A stretch of 64,000 nucleotides of DNA from assembly GCA_039799165.1 (NCBI GenBank), contig JBDLTH010000080.1:6000-69999 (forward strand), given 5' to 3'. This document shows positions 10,141 through 20,711 of this stretch, in pieces. Positions within the stretch are counted from its first letter, which is position 1. Every line of letters begins with the position of its first letter. The translations under genes were made by a program, and so were the position numbers. The notes below the pieces were generated by a model. It made no database searches, was not told the DNA's origin, and saw nothing but the letters and a program-made list of their open reading frames with translations. This stretch comes from Bacteroidota bacterium (GTDB lineage: Bacteria > Bacteroidota > Bacteroidia > Bacteroidales > Dysgonomonadaceae).

Positions 10141-10881
10141 TTTAATACAAGTAAGAAAAGGGAAGGCAAACATTTTAAATCGATTAAGTTTTGTTTTGGG
10201 GAACATGTATTGTAAAGTACGCGAAACAATAGATGTTATTTTTTTTGAGTAAACTTAAACATAGATATTTTTTATAAATTTAAATTTTGGATTTACTTTT
10301 ATTTTTTTTTAAGTTTGTATTGTTGCTAGGGGCAAAGCAATGTAATTACCCGTAATTAGTGTGGATGAAGGTAGTTCAATTGTAATAGAACGCAAGATGT
10401 CTTATACAATAGAATAATGCATTGAGGATAAATTTAGTAGCATCGTTTTGTAATTAAATCGCATTAAAAATTTAACATAAGCAGTGAAAAATTAGAATTA
10501 TTTTAATAAAAAAAATAAAAACAGGAAAATATATTGAATCGATCTAAGTTTTGTTTAGGCGAGATTGATTCTAAAACATGTGAATAAGAAAAAGTGTTGA
10601 AGGTATTGAGCAAATCTAAGATTTGATAAGGGTTTTCATGAATTAATGTTTTGGGGTACATTGAATTTTTTCTAACCAACAAACCTATGCGATCACATTT
10701 AGGCTATACACACTCTGTATGGGTGTGAATGGATGTGTCTTAGATCTTCATCATATAATCTATCAAGCTGATAAATAAAGAATAAACTATGATATAGGTT
10801 TTATAGTGTCCTATAAAATTAGTTCTCATACAGACTTGTACTACATGTAAAAAGATAATTGTTTTAGTAAAAAAGTTAATA

Positions 10882-11868
10882 ATGAACGGAAATAAACATT
10901 TTGATTCGATTAAATTATTTTTAATCTTCTGGGTTGTATTTGCCCATGTAATTCGCCTATCCAGTGATTTCAGTCTCTTCCTATCCTTGTTTGTATCAAC
11001 ATTTGTCATGCCCATGTTTATAATGATATCAGGGTATCAAGCAAAAAAAATAAACTGGGTTAAGTACAAGAGAACTACGCTAAGTCTGTTACTTACATAT
11101 GCAGTATTTCAGATAGTCTATTCCTTCCCATCTTTTATAAATCATCTTATGGGAGCAGGCGATTTCAGCTACATCGATTTTTTCTTTGTACCCGTTTCCG
11201 TCCTTTGGTTTGTATGGGGGTTGATAATATGGCGAACCCTGATTTTCCTTATCGTAAAGTACAAAGTACCCACTGTATATAGTATGTCTGTGGCTCTGAT
11301 TGTGTCGTTAGCCCTCGGATTTAGCGACACCGTTATACCTAATTCACGCATATTTGTATTCTTCCCCCTCTTTTACTTAGGATATTTATGCCCTAAATCT
11401 GTTTTAGACAAAGTGCAGCATTTATCCAAAACAATCTCGATAGCTATACTGTCAATAGTAGCACTGTTGACAATCTATTTACTGTCAAAAGATTTGTATC
11501 AGCAGTCTTCAAATACCATATTTGGCGAATCGCCTTTCTCTTGGTATCCGAGCGTATATGTAGGCATCGTAGCACGCCTGTCGTTTTACCTAATAGCCCT
11601 TGCATGTAGTGCTGCCATATTCAGCCTATGGCCCGATACCTATCACAAATATGGCAGCAAAAGCTTTCAGATACTTATCTTGCATCCCATATTCGTATAC
11701 CCCATATACCATGCAATAGTATCCTATAACCAATGGCAAGTACCCTTTGTCTTAGAAATGGCAATAGCCATGGCTATTGTAGGCTTGTGCATAATGTTAT
11801 CTCGATTTAAGCTTACTACATACCTCATCAATCCCATGGCTTATTTTAAATATGGAGTGCGATCCTAA
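10882..11868 (+). CDS. Acyltransferase family 3 (membrane O-acyltransferase)
   Basis: FDSIK...VVFAH, MPMFIMISGY, LWFVWGLIIWR, about 10 hydrophobic segments. Confidence 0.85.
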   Translation: MNGNKHFDSIKLFLIFWVVFAHVIRLSSDFSLFLSLFVSTFVMPMFIMISGYQAKKINWVKYKRTTLSLLLTYAVFQIVYSFPSFINHLMGAGDFSYIDFFFVPVSVLWFVWGLIIWRTLIFLIVKYKVPTVYSMSVALIVSLALGFSDTVIPNSRIFVFFPLFYLGYLCPKSVLDKVQHLSKTISIAILSIVALLTIYLLSKDLYQQSSNTIFGESPFSWYPSVYVGIVARLSFYLIALACSAAIFSLWPDTYHKYGSKSFQILILHPIFVYPIYHAIVSYNQWQVPFVLEMAIAMAIVGLCIMLSRFKLTTYLINPMAYFKYGVRS

Positions 11869-11906
11869 CTAGATTTACAGTTTTCAGTAGGAGGTAATTA
11901 CCATAC

Positions 11907-11942
11907 AGAGTACCACAGAAAACAACTTTTTTGTGGTACTCT
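11907..11942 (+). terminator. Hairpin after acyltransferase
   Basis: agagtaccacagaaaa-caac-ttttttgtggtactct inverted repeat. Confidence 0.6.
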
Positions 11943-12091
11943 ATAAGCATAAGCAGGCGTACATAGTAGCAGTGTTAATAATTTTATTTATTTTGGTATC
12001 ATGGCACCAAACATTTGTGAGGCTCAGTATATTTTGCGTACTTTGCACTTATACAGAATCATTCTATATAAGAAACAAACGAATAGGTAAT

Positions 12092-12682
12092 ATGGGTAAA
12101 GTTCTGGCAGTAGCCGAAACGTCTTACATCATCAGAAAAGGATTGGTTTATGCACTCTCTCAATTGCCAACAGTATCTAAAGTTGTAGAGCTAAAAGAGC
12201 TGGAGGATATTAAATATCAGATCAACATACTCAATCCCGATGCCGTACTTATAAACCCCATGCTATTGGGGCATACGCACAAAGGAGATGTGAAGCATCA
12301 ATTGACGCTTGACAAAAGCATTGCCGTAATAGCCTTGGTGTATAACTTGATCGACGAGCGATTTTATCAATCGTACGATGGCGTAGTACGCATCAATGAC
12401 TCAGAGTCGAAGATTGCAGAAGTGTTGACAGGATGTTTAGAGCGAGATACAGAAAAAATAAACGATCACGAGGAGTTGAGCGATCGAGAGAAGGAAATTC
12501 TGATAAGTGTAGTAAAAGGAATGAGCAACAAAGAAGTTGCCGAATATCATAATATATCTATCCATACCGCAATAACCCATCGACGCAACATTGGTCGTAA
12601 GTTAGAAATTCATAGCGTGTCGGGGCTTACGATATATGCTATATTAAATAAATTGGTAGACATAACAGAGATAAAACTATGA
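12092..12682 (+). CDS. LuxR-family HTH regulator with degenerate receiver-like N-domain
   Basis: LSDREKEIL...GMSNKEVA...ISIHTAITHRRNI...KL LuxR HTH; ATG 12092 chosen because the upstream extension crosses a hairpin. Confidence 0.88.
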   Translation: MGKVLAVAETSYIIRKGLVYALSQLPTVSKVVELKELEDIKYQINILNPDAVLINPMLLGHTHKGDVKHQLTLDKSIAVIALVYNLIDERFYQSYDGVVRINDSESKIAEVLTGCLERDTEKINDHEELSDREKEILISVVKGMSNKEVAEYHNISIHTAITHRRNIGRKLEIHSVSGLTIYAILNKLVDITEIKL

Positions 12683-13383
12683 GCAATATAACAATCAATT
12701 ATACCAAAGGGATGAAAATGTCGGATCTGATAGATGCCGATTATAAACTCTTGCTTTTGCTTACACGTCTACATTTTACACTGGGCTTTGGAGACAAAAG
12801 TGTAGAGGTAGTTTGCGAACAATATGGTTTTGATGTAGACTGTTTCGTGTTTTTAGCAAGTTTTCACTCCAACAAGAGCAAGTTAGAAGTGCAGCAAGCA
12901 TTTGATGATCTACCCTTAGAGCCTTTTCTGTATTATCTAAAATGTTCGCATACCTATTTTTTAGAAGATCGTTTGCCCAATATACGGCGTAAGCTGAAAT
13001 TAATATTTGACGATAACGAAAAAGATATTGAGGGATTAGTGCTTAATTTTTTCGACCAGTATATGGGCGAAATTTACGAGCATATGAAGTATGAAGACAA
13101 TACCGTTTTTCCGTATGTCCGATCCTTGCTAAGCAGTACCTCTCAAGATGCCTATTCCATCGATATCTTTGAGGAGCGACACAACGATATCGAAGAAAAA
13201 TTGACAGACCTCAAGCGTATCTTGATGAAGTATGTTTCTGGAATCAAAGACCAGTCGTTGATGACTAATATCTTGCTCGAACTATATATGTCAGAAGAAG
13301 AATTGGCAGCACATACATTTATCGAAGACCGATTGGTGATACCTCGGGTCAAGCGGATGGAAAAAATAAATCGTTTTAGTTAA
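12679..13383 (+). CDS. Hemerythrin-like domain protein
   Basis: H / HMKYE / H / HTFIED iron-ligand pattern; ATGA overlap with the LuxR gene. Confidence 0.8.
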   Translation: MSNITINYTKGMKMSDLIDADYKLLLLLTRLHFTLGFGDKSVEVVCEQYGFDVDCFVFLASFHSNKSKLEVQQAFDDLPLEPFLYYLKCSHTYFLEDRLPNIRRKLKLIFDDNEKDIEGLVLNFFDQYMGEIYEHMKYEDNTVFPYVRSLLSSTSQDAYSIDIFEERHNDIEEKLTDLKRILMKYVSGIKDQSLMTNILLELYMSEEELAAHTFIEDRLVIPRVKRMEKINRFS

Positions 13384-13391
13384 TAGTATAA

Positions 13392-13425
13392 AAAAAGAGA
13401 ATACCCATGCGGATATTCTCTTTTT
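13392..13425. terminator. Bidirectional terminator
   Basis: aaaaagagaataccc-atgc-ggatattctcttttt between convergent genes. Confidence 0.75.
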
Positions 13426-13445
13426 GGTTCTATACTTTAAGATAA

Positions 13446-14708
13446 TTAATATCCTCTGATCGCTTTGATACCAGGAAGTACCTTGCCTTCGATAAACTCA
13501 AGCAACGCTCCACCACCGGTTGATACATAAGATACATCGTCAGCCAACTCAAATTTGTTTACACAAGCTACCGAGTCGCCACCACCAACAAGCGAGAATG
13601 CACCATGTTTAGTAGCATCGGCAATAGCTTCGGCAACTACTTTAGATCCATGAGCAAAGTTTTCGAATTCGAATACGCCCACTGGACCATTCCATAGAAT
13701 AGTTTTAGACGCTTTGATAACATCCGAAAATTCTTTTTCGCCAGCAGGGCCAATGTCAAAGCCCGACCATCCGTCAGGTATCTCTGTAGCTTGCGTAAAT
13801 TGAGATTTAGCATCATTGCTAAAGCTGTCGCCCAATTTAGCATCGCTAGCAATAACCAATTTCACGTTGTTTGCTTTCGCTTTAGCTATAATTTCTTTAG
13901 CCAACTCTAGCTTGTCGTCTTCGCAAAGCGAATTACCGATTTTGCCTCCTTCGGCTTTGATAAAGGTAAATGCCATACCGCCACCTATAATCAGATTATC
14001 AACCTTGTTCAACAAGTTTTCGATAATATCTATTTTCGACGACACCTTCGACCCACCAATGATAGCAGTGAATGGACGTGCAGGCTCTTTCATTATTTTC
14101 TCAACAGCATCTATTTCACGTTGCAATAGATAACCAAACATTTTGTGATCAGCATCAAAACTATCCGCAATAAGAGCCGTAGACGCATGTGCACGATGTG
14201 CCGTACCAAAGGCGTCATTTACATACACATCAGCATACGAAGCCAGCGTTTTGGTAAAATCTTTTTGCTTCTCTTTGATTACTTTTTTAGCAGCAGCTTT
14301 ATCATCGTCCGAAGCATCTTCAGCCAGTCCACGAGGTTTACCCTCCTCTTCAGCATAAAAACGTAGGTTTTCTAACAATAGAGCTTCGCCAGGTTGCAGT
14401 GCAGCAGCCTTCATAGCCGCCTCTTCGCCAGCACAATCACTTGCAAATTGTACATCTACACCAAGTAGTTTGCTGACATGAGCAAGGATATGCTTCAGCG
14501 AGTATTTGTCTTCAACGCCTTTAGGGCGACCTAGGTGCGATGAAATAATAGGGCTACCACCATCAGCAATAATTTTCTTAAGAGTAGGCAGTGCAGCACG
14601 AATACGCGTGTCGTCAGTGATGTTAAAGTTAGCATCAAGAGGCACATTGAAGTCAACCCGTACAAAGGCCTTTTTACCAGCAAAGTTGAATTTGTCAATT
14701 GTTATCAT
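13446..14708 (-). CDS. pgk: Phosphoglycerate kinase
   Basis: [42 protein letters not shown] motifs. Confidence 0.98.
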   Translation of the reverse strand: MITIDKFNFAGKKAFVRVDFNVPLDANFNITDDTRIRAALPTLKKIIADGGSPIISSHLGRPKGVEDKYSLKHILAHVSKLLGVDVQFASDCAGEEAAMKAAALQPGEALLLENLRFYAEEEGKPRGLAEDASDDDKAAAKKVIKEKQKDFTKTLASYADVYVNDAFGTAHRAHASTALIADSFDADHKMFGYLLQREIDAVEKIMKEPARPFTAIIGGSKVSSKIDIIENLLNKVDNLIIGGGMAFTFIKAEGGKIGNSLCEDDKLELAKEIIAKAKANNVKLVIASDAKLGDSFSNDAKSQFTQATEIPDGWSGFDIGPAGEKEFSDVIKASKTILWNGPVGVFEFENFAHGSKVVAEAIADATKHGAFSLVGGGDSVACVNKFELADDVSYVSTGGGALLEFIEGKVLPGIKAIRGY

Positions 14709-14776
14709 ATCTGTTTTTATTTATATAAATATATTAGATGTTTTTATTCCATTCCATAACTTTCACGAAAACGACA

Positions 14777-14784
14777 CAAATATA
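14777..14784 (-). promoter_or_regulatory. -7 box of pgk promoter
   Basis: TATATTTG on minus strand about 70 nt upstream of the pgk ATG. Confidence 0.5.
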
Positions 14785-15017
14785 CGAAATTATGTCTTAC
14801 ATGTTTTTTTGAGAATGTAAATTATTCGGAAAAACCAGATCACCGTTTCGCACCCCTATTATTTATTATTAAGATTTGAAACGTGAACAGTAAGTGCCTT
14901 TTTTAGAGCCAGATAGTTCTGTTGTAGCGGTTGTGTACGGTTTTGGTATAATATCAGATTAAGTATTATTAGTGTCGTCATTATCTCATACTTGTGTATG
15001 ATATAAAATGAAAATGC

Positions 15018-15025
15018 TATCTTTG
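15018..15025 (+). promoter_or_regulatory. -7 box of moxR/bat operon promoter
   Basis: TATCTTTG consensus about 175 nt upstream of moxR. Confidence 0.5.
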
Positions 15026-15200
15026 TAACTTCGTGTATCCACATCCAAGTGATATGGTAGACGAGATACGAATGGTGAAACTTACGTTTGAATATGCTAA
15101 ACTTTTTTTAACGACAAAATCTTTAATCTAAGATTTAACATCTATGATTTTGTTTCACTACCAACAGAGATAATATAACTAATATAATATATTCTATTTT

Positions 15201-16193
15201 ATGGCTCAGATAGATATTCGAGAATTAAACGAACGAATTCAAAACAAAAGTGCGTTCGTTGATATGATAATCCAAGGAATGGATAAGGTGATTATAGGAC
15301 AAAAACATCTAGTCGAATCACTTTTGATTGGTCTCTTGTCAGATGGTCATATCTTATTAGAAGGTGTTCCGGGATTAGCAAAAACATTGGCTATAAAAAC
15401 ACTAGCATCCTTAGTCGAAGCCGATTATCATCGAATTCAATTTACCCCAGACTTACTCCCTGCCGACGTTGTAGGTACAATGATATATAGCCAAAAAAGA
15501 GAAGAATTTGTTGTTAAAAAAGGACCCATCTTTTCTAATTTCGTATTGGCTGACGAGATCAACCGTGCACCAGCCAAAGTACAAAGTGCGTTGCTCGAGG
15601 CCATGCAAGAGCGTCAAGTAACCATTGGCGAAAGCACGTTGTTATTGCCCAAGCCATTTTTGGTAATGGCTACCCAAAACCCCATTGAACAAGAAGGTAC
15701 ATACCCCTTGCCCGAGGCACAAGTAGACCGTTTTATGTTGAAGGTAATAATCAACTACCCCAACAAGGAGGAAGAAAAATTGATCCTTCGTCAAAACATA
15801 AGTGGTAGTTACGAAACCCTCAAGCCAGTACTCAAGGCAGACGAAATACTAGATGCACGCAAAGTAGTAAGCGATGTATACTTGGACGAAAAAATAGAAC
15901 GATATATTGTTGACATTGTTTTTGCAACACGTTTTCCTGCCGACAATGGTTTGGCATCATTAAAAAGCCTGATTGGTTTTGGAGCATCGCCTCGTGCAAG
16001 TATCAGCCTAGCATTAGCCGCCCGAGCCTATGCCTTCATCAAACGCCGAGGCTACGTAATACCCGAAGATGTGAGAGCCGTATGTTACGACGTTTTGCGT
16101 CATCGTATCGGTCTTACGTACGAAGCCGAAGCCAGCAATACAACATCCGAAGAAATCATCAGCGAAATACTAAACAAGGTAGAAGTTCCTTGA
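15201..16193 (+). CDS. moxR: MoxR-family AAA+ ATPase
   Basis: LEGVPGLAKT, RIQFTPDLLPAD, LADEINRAPAKVQSALLEAM, GASPRA. Confidence 0.96.
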   Translation: MAQIDIRELNERIQNKSAFVDMIIQGMDKVIIGQKHLVESLLIGLLSDGHILLEGVPGLAKTLAIKTLASLVEADYHRIQFTPDLLPADVVGTMIYSQKREEFVVKKGPIFSNFVLADEINRAPAKVQSALLEAMQERQVTIGESTLLLPKPFLVMATQNPIEQEGTYPLPEAQVDRFMLKVIINYPNKEEEKLILRQNISGSYETLKPVLKADEILDARKVVSDVYLDEKIERYIVDIVFATRFPADNGLASLKSLIGFGASPRASISLALAARAYAFIKRRGYVIPEDVRAVCYDVLRHRIGLTYEAEASNTTSEEIISEILNKVEVP

Positions 16194-16200
16194 AAAAAAA

Positions 16201-16254
16201 ATCGGTATACCAATCAACAGCTATCAGTCGGTAGCTGTTGATTGGTATACCGAT
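16201..16254. repeat. Perfect 23-bp-arm inverted repeat between moxR and DUF58 gene
   Basis: atcggtataccaatcaacagcta-N8-tagctgttgattggtataccgat. Confidence 0.9.
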
Positions 16255-16266
16255 AACTGTTGAAGT

Positions 16267-17145
16267 ATGGAAACGAGCGAATTATTAAAGAAAGTACGCC
16301 AGATAGAAATAAAAACCAGAGGATTGTCTCGCAATATATTTGCAGGGCAATATCACTCAGCGTTTAAAGGTAGAGGGATGGCCTTCTCCGAAGTGCGTGA
16401 ATACCAGTATGGAGACGATATCCGAGATATTGACTGGAACGTTACCGCCCGCTACAATAAACCCTTTATCAAGGTGTTTGAAGAAGAGCGTGAGATGACC
16501 GTTATGCTCATGATAGACGTGTCGGGAAGCCTTGACTTTGGTACGCAAAATGCAACCAAACGAGATATCGTAACCGAGATGGCGGCGACTTTGGCTTTCT
16601 CTGCCATTCAGAACAATGATAAAATAGGGGTCATATTTTTTACCAACAAAATAGAGAAATTTATACCCCCAAAGAAAGGGAAAAAACATATACTGTACAT
16701 TATACGTGAGCTGATAGATTTTAAACCTGACAACAAGCAAACGGATATGGCTAAAGCATTGAAGTTTCTGACTAATGCAATCAAAAAAAGATGTACCGCC
16801 TTTTTAATATCCGACTTTATTGATGTATATGACTTCGATAATGCCCTTACCATAGCCAATCGCAAGCACGACCTCGTTGCACTTCAGATATACGACAAGC
16901 TCGATACCGAACTGCCAGCCGTGGGTTTGATGAAGTTGATGGATGCCGAAACAGGCGAAGAAGAGTGGATAGACACCTCATCTAAGCAGGTGCGTGAGCA
17001 TTACTCCAAACATTATATGAAACAACAGCTTGATGTGCAACAAGCATTTACCAAAAGTAGGGTAGACAATGTGTCGATGACTACCGATCAGGATTATGTG
17101 AAAACCCTGTTGGCACTATTTCAGAAACGAAATTATATGAGATGA
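16267..17145 (+). CDS. DUF58 (vWA-like) protein of the MoxR/Bat operon
   Basis: FSEVREYQYGDDIRDIDWNVTAR, DVSGS, ISDF motifs. Confidence 0.93.
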   Translation: METSELLKKVRQIEIKTRGLSRNIFAGQYHSAFKGRGMAFSEVREYQYGDDIRDIDWNVTARYNKPFIKVFEEEREMTVMLMIDVSGSLDFGTQNATKRDIVTEMAATLAFSAIQNNDKIGVIFFTNKIEKFIPPKKGKKHILYIIRELIDFKPDNKQTDMAKALKFLTNAIKKRCTAFLISDFIDVYDFDNALTIANRKHDLVALQIYDKLDTELPAVGLMKLMDAETGEEEWIDTSSKQVREHYSKHYMKQQLDVQQAFTKSRVDNVSMTTDQDYVKTLLALFQKRNYMR

Positions 17146-17207
17146 CAATAGGCTTATGGCCGAAGATGAACTCAGAGATAGGATAAAATAATAGGATAAA
17201 AAGATTT

Positions 17208-18632
17208 ATGTTGAGCAAAAAGTTAATACTAACTATATCGTTGATTTGTATTTCGATACTACAATTTACAGTCATTGCCCAAAAGGCAACAGCAAAGGTT
17301 ACAATACAGCCTGTCGAAATAGCCATAGGGCAACAATCGACCATAAGCCTAGAAGTGGTAGCACCCAAAGGGCGAAAACTGACTATGCCTGTATATCAAG
17401 ATACATTGATTACTGGTATCGAAATTATTAGCATGCCCAAAGCCGACACCGCATATGTTAATGATGCAATCACGATAACACAGCACTATGTGGTCAGTTC
17501 TTTCGATTCGGCTTTTTACCAAATACCCTATATGCTGGTGATGGATGGAGCAGAAGCAATACAATCCAACCCCTTTGAGCTGAAAGTAACATCACCCATG
17601 CTTACCGATGTAACAAAATCGTACTTGGAGGAGATCACAAAAGCAGAGACCGACTCTTTGAATTTGGAAAAAATGGGTGTGTACGATGTCAAAAATGTAC
17701 AGACCCCCGATGTCTTGTGGCAAGACTATTTGCTACTAGGCTTGGCAATACTATCACTACTGTTACTCATCATAGCCGGTATCTATGGTATCTATATATA
17801 TAAACAAAAACAAGCAAGAGGCTATTTCTTTACCCCTCCAGTTGTCGATCCTCCACATGTGTTAGCCATCAATGCCCTGAATCAAGTAAAAGCAGAAAAA
17901 ATATGGAGTCAAGGCAGACAAAAAGAATACTACACACAAGTTACCGATATATTGCGCCAATATGTAGAAAAACGCTTCTATGTTACTGCTTTTGAAATGA
18001 CCTCGGACGAGATTTTGACAATCATCGAAAATTATATAGAAGCTAATTCCTCGACCGACAGCTTGCGACAAGTTCTCAAAACGGCCGATTTGGTTAAGTT
18101 TGCAAAATATACACCCTCGTCCGACGAAAACGATTTAAGCCTCGTCAATTCTATTTTGTTTGTAAATCAAACCAAAAAAGAAGAAGTCGTAGAAAAACCA
18201 GTCGAGAGTATTGTTGCACCAGTAGCAACCGTGAAAACGGGAGCCGATGATGACCCCAATGAACCTATTGATTGGTCGATTCCCGAAAATCAGATGATTG
18301 ATGCACCTGATGAAGTAGCAGTACCCGATAATAAAGTCATAGAACAGTCCCCTCAAGAGCCTGTTTCACAGTCGAAAGAGCCAAAGCCTACACCACCCCA
18401 ACTTACTGAAGAGTTGCAAGCCTATGCACCCAAACCCCTCGGCTTGGTCGAACCCACATCAGACAAGGAAGATCGTAACCGATCTGCGGGAGGCAGTAGC
18501 AATCGCATCAGTAACATCAGTCGAATTGATAGTACCAATAACATCACTATAAACAGAGGTTTCAATGATACTATTGAAAACAAAGACAGTGGATCTACCA
18601 ATTCAAGCTCTATCAATAAATATAAAATATAA
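17208..18632 (+). CDS. Bat-operon exported membrane protein with acidic low-complexity C-terminal extension
   Basis: Signal peptide, Ig-like N-region, TM, KEYYTQVTDILRQY...EMTSDEIL...ADLVKFAK; position between DUF58 and batA. Confidence 0.75.
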   Translation: MLSKKLILTISLICISILQFTVIAQKATAKVTIQPVEIAIGQQSTISLEVVAPKGRKLTMPVYQDTLITGIEIISMPKADTAYVNDAITITQHYVVSSFDSAFYQIPYMLVMDGAEAIQSNPFELKVTSPMLTDVTKSYLEEITKAETDSLNLEKMGVYDVKNVQTPDVLWQDYLLLGLAILSLLLLIIAGIYGIYIYKQKQARGYFFTPPVVDPPHVLAINALNQVKAEKIWSQGRQKEYYTQVTDILRQYVEKRFYVTAFEMTSDEILTIIENYIEANSSTDSLRQVLKTADLVKFAKYTPSSDENDLSLVNSILFVNQTKKEEVVEKPVESIVAPVATVKTGADDDPNEPIDWSIPENQMIDAPDEVAVPDNKVIEQSPQEPVSQSKEPKPTPPQLTEELQAYAPKPLGLVEPTSDKEDRNRSAGGSSNRISNISRIDSTNNITINRGFNDTIENKDSGSTNSSSINKYKI

Positions 18633-18639
18633 GTAACGC

Positions 18640-19623
18640 ATGGAATTTGCACAACCTCAATACTTCTTTCTACTCATATTACTTGTGCCATTGGTGGTGT
18701 GGTACATTTTCAAGTTAAGAAAAGTACAAGCCTCCCTCAAAGTATCGTCCGTAGGAGCATTTAGTTCCATGCCCAAAACCTTACGTGTGCATCTTAGGCA
18801 TATGCCTTTTATTATCCGTATCGTGATCATTGTGTTAGTTGTTGCAGTGTTAGCACGACCACAAGCTAGTAATACCTTAGAAACATCAAGCACCGAAGGC
18901 ATCGACATCATAGTTGCATTAGACGTATCAGGATCTATGCTTGCACAAGACTTTAAGCCCAACAGGCTCGAAGCAGCTAAAAAACTATCGTCCGAATTTA
19001 TATCCTCTCGAGAACAAGACAAGATAGGCTTGGTGATATTTGCAGGCGAGAGCTTTACACAAGCACCCCTCACCATAGACCATGGCGTGTTGCTCAATCT
19101 GCTCAATGGTGTAAACCCAAAGCTCATCCAAGACGGTACAGCAATAGGCCTAGGCTTAGCAAACTCAGTAAACCGACTGAAAGACAGTAAGTCAAAATCG
19201 AGAATCGTTATTTTACTTACTGACGGATCTAACAACAGAGGGCAGATAGCCCCCCTTACAGCCGCCGAAGTAGCCAAAGAATACGGTATACGTGTATATA
19301 CCATTGGTGTAGGTACGCAAGGCATGGCACCATCGCCCGTGATGACACCCTTTGGCGAGCGTGTGCAAATGGTACCTGTCGACATTGACGAAAAAACATT
19401 GACCGAGATAGCAAATATTACGGGTGGACAATATTTTAGAGCCTTAGACAATACAGGCTTAAAACAGATTTATGCCGAAATAGATGCTATGGAAAAGTAC
19501 CTAATCAATGTAAATAGAGTAACCCGCAAAAGCGAGTTGTACCTACCCTATGCCCTGTGGGCTATCGGTTTGCTATTGCTCGAAATAGGGCTACGCAGAA
19601 CATGGTTACGAAATATACCCTAA
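18640..19623 (+). CDS. batA: BatA, vWA domain membrane protein
   Basis: EFAQPQYF, LARPQ, DVSGSM MIDAS, GTAIGLGL, LLTDGSNN. Confidence 0.92.
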   Translation: MEFAQPQYFFLLILLVPLVVWYIFKLRKVQASLKVSSVGAFSSMPKTLRVHLRHMPFIIRIVIIVLVVAVLARPQASNTLETSSTEGIDIIVALDVSGSMLAQDFKPNRLEAAKKLSSEFISSREQDKIGLVIFAGESFTQAPLTIDHGVLLNLLNGVNPKLIQDGTAIGLGLANSVNRLKDSKSKSRIVILLTDGSNNRGQIAPLTAAEVAKEYGIRVYTIGVGTQGMAPSPVMTPFGERVQMVPVDIDEKTLTEIANITGGQYFRALDNTGLKQIYAEIDAMEKYLINVNRVTRKSELYLPYALWAIGLLLLEIGLRRTWLRNIP

Positions 19624-19674
19624 ATACAATTAAATAAAAGAAGAAAGCAATTCTAAAAAAATAGAATCAAAGAT

Positions 19675-20697
19675 ATGTTTCGATTTGCAAATCCCGAATA
19701 CTTATACCTCCTGTTTATTCTGCCCCTAATGGTAGTCGCATTCATCTTGCTCAACAGATCCAAGTTGAAAGCCGTAAAAGAATTAGGAGACCTCAAGTTG
19801 GTAAAGCGACAGATGCAAGGCTTATCATTAAAACGATCGTACCTCAAATTTTGGTTGGTGTTTGCAGCCGTCGTATTTGGTATTATTGTACTGGCACGAC
19901 CTCAATTTGGCACCAAAGTAGAAAAGATGGACAAAAAAGGCATCGAGTTAGTCATTGCCATCGACGTATCCAACTCCATGCTGGCACGAGACATCAACCC
20001 TGACAGGCTGTCTAAGGCAAAACAGATATTGACACGTATTATCGACGAACGCAAAAACGACAAAGTGGCCATCGTGGTGTTTGCTGGCGAAGCTTTCGTA
20101 CAATTGCCCATGACCTCCGATATACATGCTGCAAAAATATTTCTCGACAACATCAACCCTGCACTAGTACCCGTTCAAGGTACAGTGATAGGTAGTGCAA
20201 TCAATATATCGATGAACAGTTTCACGAGCGACAAAGAGGTCGATAAGTCGATTATTTTGATAACCGATGGCGAGGGACATGAAGACAATGCCGTAGAAAT
20301 GGCACAAAAAGCAGCAGCGGCAGAGATACAGATCAACGTTTTGGGGATCGGATCGCCCGAAGGAGCACCCATACCCCTGTCGGCAGATAGCAACGATGTG
20401 AAGAAAGACGCAACAGGTGTACCCGTTGTAACCAAACTCAACGAAGATATGTGTAAGCAAATAGCCCAAGCAGCAAATGGAATGTATGTGCGTGCCGATA
20501 ATTCGAACAATGCACTCAAAAGCTTGCAAGCCGAGCTGGATAAGCTACAACGAAAAAGTACCGAGGGCGTTGAATACTCGGATTATGACGAGAAGTTTCA
20601 GTTTTTTGCATGGATTATGCTTATCTTATTAGTAGTAGAGGTATGCGTATTCGATAAAAAGAACAAGCTATTCAAAAACATCAGATTATTTAAATGA
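19675..20697 (+). CDS. batB: BatB, vWA domain membrane protein
   Basis: FRFANPEYL, LARPQFG, DVSNSM, LITDGEGH. Confidence 0.92.
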   Translation: MFRFANPEYLYLLFILPLMVVAFILLNRSKLKAVKELGDLKLVKRQMQGLSLKRSYLKFWLVFAAVVFGIIVLARPQFGTKVEKMDKKGIELVIAIDVSNSMLARDINPDRLSKAKQILTRIIDERKNDKVAIVVFAGEAFVQLPMTSDIHAAKIFLDNINPALVPVQGTVIGSAINISMNSFTSDKEVDKSIILITDGEGHEDNAVEMAQKAAAAEIQINVLGIGSPEGAPIPLSADSNDVKKDATGVPVVTKLNEDMCKQIAQAANGMYVRADNSNNALKSLQAELDKLQRKSTEGVEYSDYDEKFQFFAWIMLILLVVEVCVFDKKNKLFKNIRLFK

Positions 20698-20711
20698 TTC
20701 AGATTACATAT

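Noticed and set aside
11933-12091. N-terminal extension of the LuxR ORF
   Set aside because: Begins at a GTG inside the upstream terminator hairpin; ATG 12092 gives a normal-sized protein
18657-19451. 264-aa minus-strand ORF
   Set aside because: Antisense shadow of batA with no motifs
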